In this document: positions 8,945 through 14,013 of the stretch, one piece after another
Layout of the letters: each line of letters starts with the position of its first letter
Numbering within the stretch: the stretch's first letter is position 1
Source of the DNA: Octopus sinensis
Taxonomy: Eukaryota
Assembly: GCF_006345805.1 (NCBI RefSeq)
Contig: NW_021825980.1
Span: 1 to 14,013, forward strand
Direction of reading: 5' to 3'
DNA: 14,013 nucleotides
Position numbers and translations under genes: made by a program
Notes under the pieces: generated by a model
What the model was told of the DNA's origin: nothing
Database searches by the model: none
What the model saw: only the letters and a program-made list of their open reading frames with translations

Positions 8945-9780
8945 GTATAGCAGGAACTATGATCATGATAAAAGTGGGTTTGTCATGGGGAGGAAACTAC
9001 ATATATGACGAGAGTGATGATGGTCATATGAAGAGAAACTAAAGCACAAAATGAACTAATCACGGAGCGATGACTATTGTTATGATATATGCGGTGTTTG
9101 GAAGAAGTGGAATAACTACATTTAAGAATAAATTGTAATGAAGAGAAAACTAAAAATATTATAGAGAGTAGCAGAGAGACTGGAAATGTAAGTACGTTAA
9201 TAATGAGAGTAGGGCTAGGAATAGGGACATAGCTAAGCCTATTGTAGAGGGTTGGGCTTGTAATGAGGAGATAACTGCGTCAATGACGAGATTTTAAATG
9301 GTAGGGGACTAAGATTATGGTGGAGCTTGATATTGGCATTGGGGGCAGGGGTGTTACTGCAACTGTGTTGTATATATTTCTAGAGATGGGGAAGTAACTC
9401 CATCTATAATGAGTGTGAAACTAACTAACATAGATGTAAGTACGTCTATACAAGAGCAGAGCTAGCAATATGGAGTTACTATGGCTGAAACAGAGCTTAA
9501 CAATATGGAGGACGATGATGGCAATGGGAGGTAACTAAGGATATGTACAGAGTATGGTTGGCAAAGGGGAGGTAATTATGTCTATATTGAGAGTTGAGCT
9601 AGTAATGAGGAGATACTATGGGTAAAACAGGGGTTGGTATTGTTGAGGAGACTATGCCTCGTATGAGTATTATGTCGGCAATGGGGAGGTAATTATGTTT
9701 ATGATGGTGTGGGGATGGGGCGAAATTGGAAATGGGGAAGTAACTTCGATTATGATAGAGAGCAGAGTTGCCATGGTAAT
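8945..9780. repeat. Old degenerate ~41-bp minisatellite (about 20 units), purine-rich on the plus strand
   Basis: Motif ATGRGGAGRTAACT-like at 8985, 9028, 9138, 9263, 9386, 9524, 9565, 9605, 9681 and 9732, with spacings mostly near multiples of 40-42. The companion motif agagYWgagctagYaat precedes several copies. atgtaagtacgt occurs at 9186 and 9434 (248 nt apart, about 6 units). Confidence 0.7.
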
Positions 9781-9939
9781 TTCATGCATTATGTGTCGAC
9801 CAAACAAATGTTCTTTGCCTGCAGCTTGAAATCATTTTCTATATATCAGGGAGAAAAATGTAAAAAAAAAATGTAAAAAAAACAAAAACAAAAAGAAACA
9901 AAGCTAAACAAACGAACGAAAAGTCATAAAATATAATTG

Positions 9940-10180
9940 CATTAACCATCATAATCATCAACATCATCATCATTATCATCATCTTCGTCGTCGTCGTTGT
10001 CATCATCATCATCATAATCATTGGTATCATCCTTCATTGCCATTATTCGTCGTCGCCGTCGTCGTCGTCGTCGCGGCCTTCATCGTCATCCCCCTCCGCC
10101 GCCGCCGCCGCCACCCCACCACCCCACCGCACCCCTACCACCGCCGCTGCAGCCACCACAGCCACCACCATCGTCATCAT
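9940..10180. repeat. Cryptic (CAT)/(CGT)/(CCG)/(CCA) trinucleotide sequence
   Basis: catcatcat, cgtcgtcgt and ccgccgccg runs. Confidence 0.88.
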
Positions 10181-10227
10181 CTGATGGCCGTTATCAAAGG
10201 TGCTACAATAATAAGTAATTTGCTTGT

Positions 10228-10428
<201 letters not shown>

Positions 10429-10546
10429 GTATTTACATGTATTTCGTTGTATTGCGATTATATTTCGGTTGCAACTATTCCAACAATCAGTTCAGACTGG
10501 AAACATATGGCTAAGGAAATGATGCTATTGCGGCTACTACAACGGT

Positions 10547-10610
10547 GGACGACGACGACGGTGGTGATGATGATGTGATGATGATGATAATGATGATGAT
10601 GATGAAGATA

Positions 10611-10665
<55 letters not shown>

Positions 10666-10834
10666 CGATGAAGATGGTGATGATGATGATGATGATGATG
10701 ATGATGACGATGAAGATGGTGATGATGATGATGATGATAATGATGATGATGAGGAAGATAATGATGATGATGATGAAGATGATGATGATGATGAAGATGG
10801 TGATGATGATGATGATGATGAAGATGGTGATGAC

Positions 10835-10869
<35 letters not shown>

Positions 10870-10876
10870 CGATGAA

Positions 10877-10935
<59 letters not shown>

Positions 10936-10942
10936 CGATGAA

Positions 10943-10977
<35 letters not shown>

Positions 10978-11668
10978 GATGGTGATGATGATGATGATGA
11001 TGAAGATGGTGATGACGATGAAGATGATGATGATGATGGTGGTGGTGGTGCTTGTAATGGTGGTGGTGGTGGTAGTGATGATGATGATGATGGTGGTGGT
11101 GATGGTGGTGGTGATGATGGTGGTGTTGGTGCTGCTACTGATGGTTGTGATGATGATGATGACGATGATGATGGTGGTGGTGGTGATAATGGTGGTGATG
11201 CTGCTGCTACTGATGGTGGTGATGATGATGATGATGCATCATGATGGTGGTGATGGCGGTGCGTGTGGAGGTGGTGGTGGTGGTGGTGGTGGTGGCGATG
11301 ATGATGATGACGAAGAAGAGGAAAACGGCAATGGTCGTAGTCGTGCATAATAATGGTAATGCCAGTGATGTTGATGATGACGAGGACTCTGATGATGTGG
11401 GTGGTGATGATGATGATGATGATGATGACGACGACGATGACGACGACGACGATGATGGTGATGATAGCAACAACGACGACAACGACGTCGATGATGACCT
11501 TGATGATCTTGATGATGATGATGATGATGATGTTGATTATGACGAGGACTCTGATGATGTGGGTGGTGATTATGATGATGACGACGACGACGACAATGAC
11601 GACGACGATGATGATGGTGATGATAGCAATAACGACGACAACGACGTCGATGATGACCTTGATGATCT

Positions 11669-11701
<33 letters not shown>

Positions 11702-11745
11702 CGACGACGACAATGATGATTATGATTAAAACGATAATGAGGAAG
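10547..11745. repeat. 1.2 kb (GAT)n satellite with GGT/GAC/GAA variants
   Basis: GAT-dominant to about 11035, GGT-rich from 11035 to 11290, GAC/GAT-rich to about 11720. Confidence 0.96.
11367..11700 (+). repeat. Two-copy tandem duplication, period 159-162 nt
   Basis: gacgaggactctgatgatgtgggtggtga at 11379 and 11541; agcaaYaacgacgacaacgacgtcgatgatgaccttgatgatctt at 11466 and 11625. Confidence 0.92.
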
Positions 11746-11757
11746 CCAATAAAATAT

Positions 11758-11877
11758 ATCATCATCATCATCATCATCATCATGAACGATGCTGTTGTCG
11801 ATGTTCTTGACGCATTGTAATCACTATTATTATTAATACCTTGTGCCATAATTTGAATCAATGATTATTATTATTAA

Positions 11878-11940
<63 letters not shown>

Positions 11941-11952
11941 CATTATTATTAT
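11758..11952. repeat. (ATC)n and (ATT)n microsatellites
   Basis: (ATC)n at about 11758-11783; (ATT)n at about 11865-11952. Confidence 0.95.
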
Positions 11953-12574
11953 TACTTCCATCATCGTTATTAGCATTTATTAACACCGTCGCATGCGTCG
12001 TCATACCATAATTATCCCCGTGGAAGCGATAGACGATGGTGCACGAAGCCACGTATGTACACCAGAGATGCATGTATGGCTGCAGGACGTACACAAAAAC
12101 CCCACCACCACCATCACCACCACCACAACCGCACCCACCCACCTCGTCCCATCACATCACATACATTTATACACATACGCCCATCTAGCACATGAACACA
12201 CATTGACATACACAGGTGCACTTTTATGCAAACACAGACACTCGCTTGTGCACGCATGCACAAGTACATGCGTTGAAATAGATATAGGAAGGTAACGTAT
12301 GCAAAGAAAATTAGAGCTTACGGCGGCAAAACAGACATAACTGCGTATTGCCAGCGCTTTGTGAAACGTACAAGCTTAACGATTTGATATTTAGATTGAT
12401 AGATAGAGAGATAGTAAGGATGGACGGGTGGATATAGTCGATATAGAGATAGATTTAGAGAGAGATGAGGTGTGAGGGAAGGAGAGAAAGGGGAGAAGGA
12501 GGAGGAAGGGACAGATATATTTAAAGAGAACGTAAGAAGGAAGGACAAAGATGGAGAAATTGGCAGAAGCGGGT

Positions 12575-12810
12575 TATATATATATATATATTATATAATA
12601 TATATATATATATATATATATTATTATATATATATATTATATATAATACACATATATATATATAATATAGATATATATATATACATACATACATATAATA
12701 TATATATATTAATAATATATATATATATATAATATATATATTATATGTAATATATATATGCACACATATATATGTAATATATATAGATATACATATATAA
12801 GTATATATAA
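12575..12810. repeat. Degenerate (TA)n microsatellite
   Basis: About 235 nt of TA with frequent single-base slips. Confidence 0.95.
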
Positions 12811-13149
12811 TGCATACACCCCCACACATGCACGCATGCATGCACATACATATACACGTACATACATATGCGCGCGCACGAGTGTCGTTAAAAAGTATAG
12901 ATACCAAAAGACAGAGACAGGTTAGGAAACAACAAGCAGGTGTTTGACGCTCGGGAAAAATGGAGAAGTCTTTGACGTTTCAAGCCTACGCCCTTCAACA
13001 GAAAGGGATCAGGTAAGAAAGAATATTGGGGAGAGGAGAAAACGGAGAAAAGAAAAATTGTGCACCCCCCCCCCCACACACACATATACATAGATGCATA
13101 AAAGCACACATTTAATGAAAACTAATAAAGAGAAACTCAGTCATGTCGC

Positions 13150-13281
13150 TAAGTGGCCTTTGTAATTACAAGGTTCGAAATTCCAAGTTCAATCCCATTG
13201 CGCGCTCTCTTTGACGCGGGGTTTTCTCCAAAAGACTCCAGTTGGCCAATATGATTTGAATAAAATTTGGTAGGCAGAAAC
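13150..13281 (+). mobile_element. SINE family A, old diverged 5' head
   Basis: gttcaatcccattgcg...ttttct...ggccaa...atttggtaggcagaaac aligns loosely with the head and central region of the minus copies at 8640-8740 and 13375-13445. Confidence 0.6.
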
Positions 13282-13283
13282 AT

Positions 13284-13497
13284 ACCAACCTCGGTTGTCA
13301 AGTGATATTGGGGGAACAAACACCGACACACAAGCACACGACCACACATATATATATATACGACGGGCGTCTTGCAGTTTCCGTCTATCTAATCCACTCA
13401 CAAGGCTTTGGTCGGCCCGAGGCTATAGTAGTGGGACTGAACCTGCAACCTTTTGGCTGGTAAGCAAGCTTCTTACCACACAGCCATTCCTGCGCCT
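13284..13497 (-). mobile_element. SINE family A with intact 5' tRNA-like head and a 27-nt internal deletion
   Basis: Minus strand reads aggcgcaggaatggctgtgtggtaag (A-box-like tggctgtgtggt)...ggttgcaggttcagtcccact|actatagcctcgggccgaccaaagccttgtgag; homologous to 8550-8740. Confidence 0.88.
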
Positions 13498-13604
13498 AGT
13501 TTATTACTCGAAAATTAACTTGTGTAAGTTAAACTATGGTAGAATGTTCGCGAAAGAATCCTAATTGTTTATTCCAATAAATACATTTACGGTATAATTT
13601 TTTC

Positions 13605-13709
13605 ATGGGACCCTACTGTGGGACCCAAATTACTTCTTTGCTTGTATGGAACCCCAAAAATCTTATAAGGCCCCCAAGGTGCCATAAAGAACCCGGTTGA
13701 GCACCACTG
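13605..13709. mobile_element. Probable hAT-type MITE end (one TIR only)
   Basis: ggttgagcaccactg (13695-13709) reverse-complements to cagtggtgctcaacc, similar to the hAT/Charlie-type TIR CAGTGGTTCTCAACC. Subterminal gggaccc/ggaaccc motifs lie at 13607, 13620, 13648 and 13689. No partner TIR was found. Confidence 0.5.
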
Positions 13710-14013
13710 GCCGAGACAGAGATTCAAAGATATTGCCGAAAGAAGCATGAATGTAAAAGTAAAACGATCATAATAAATGACAAACTCAAGGGGAAAACCG
13801 ACCAGTATGGAGAGACATTATTATTAAGTCATGTCAAAGTCATGAACAGTCGTAGTCACAACCATTGACTGTGGGTAGATAGAGTTTCCTAAGATATATT
13901 TCTTCTGCCTTTGGAAATTTGACAATATATCTCAGATAGTTTACTTTACCTAACTTTTCAGTTGGAAAAAACTTCATTTCCACATTTTTTCTGGTCACTT
14001 ATCTGATTACTTG

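Noticed and set aside
8945-9780. CRISPR-like repeat-spacer interpretation of the 41-bp array
   Set aside because: The boxes are degenerate, the linkers are related to each other, there are no cas genes, and the context is eukaryotic.
10458-11861. Longest ORF (467 aa, minus strand; poly-I/S/H)
   Set aside because: (CAT)n has no stop in any minus-strand frame. The product switches among I, S and H runs exactly at repeat slips, as expected of non-coding repeat.

Overview
Eukaryotic, non-coding, AT-rich and extremely repeat-dense DNA. Well over half of the window is microsatellite or cryptic simple sequence. The rest is mostly decayed small mobile elements: two tRNA-derived SINE families (called A and B here, several copies each), a complete 304-bp non-autonomous Helitron, a TA-target Tc1/mariner/pogo-type MITE and a probable hAT end. 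There is also an old ~41-bp minisatellite. The SINE sequences and microsatellite load resemble an Octopus/coleoid cephalopod intron or intergenic region (recalled similarity, not verified). I cannot support any protein-coding gene: almost all listed ORFs are translations of simple repeats. There is no CRISPR array, operon or prokaryotic-type system. The most interesting observations are: (1) a twice-occurring ~60-nt element with a covarying stem followed by GAAAC that looks like a core-deleted hammerhead ribozyme; (2) an 83-nt insertion inside a SINE apparently copied from the minisatellite 1 kb away; (3) microhomology-bounded deletions that remove the conserved central domain of both SINE families; (4) inverted-repeat architectures that could form dsRNA; (5) a duplicated Asp-rich reading frame.
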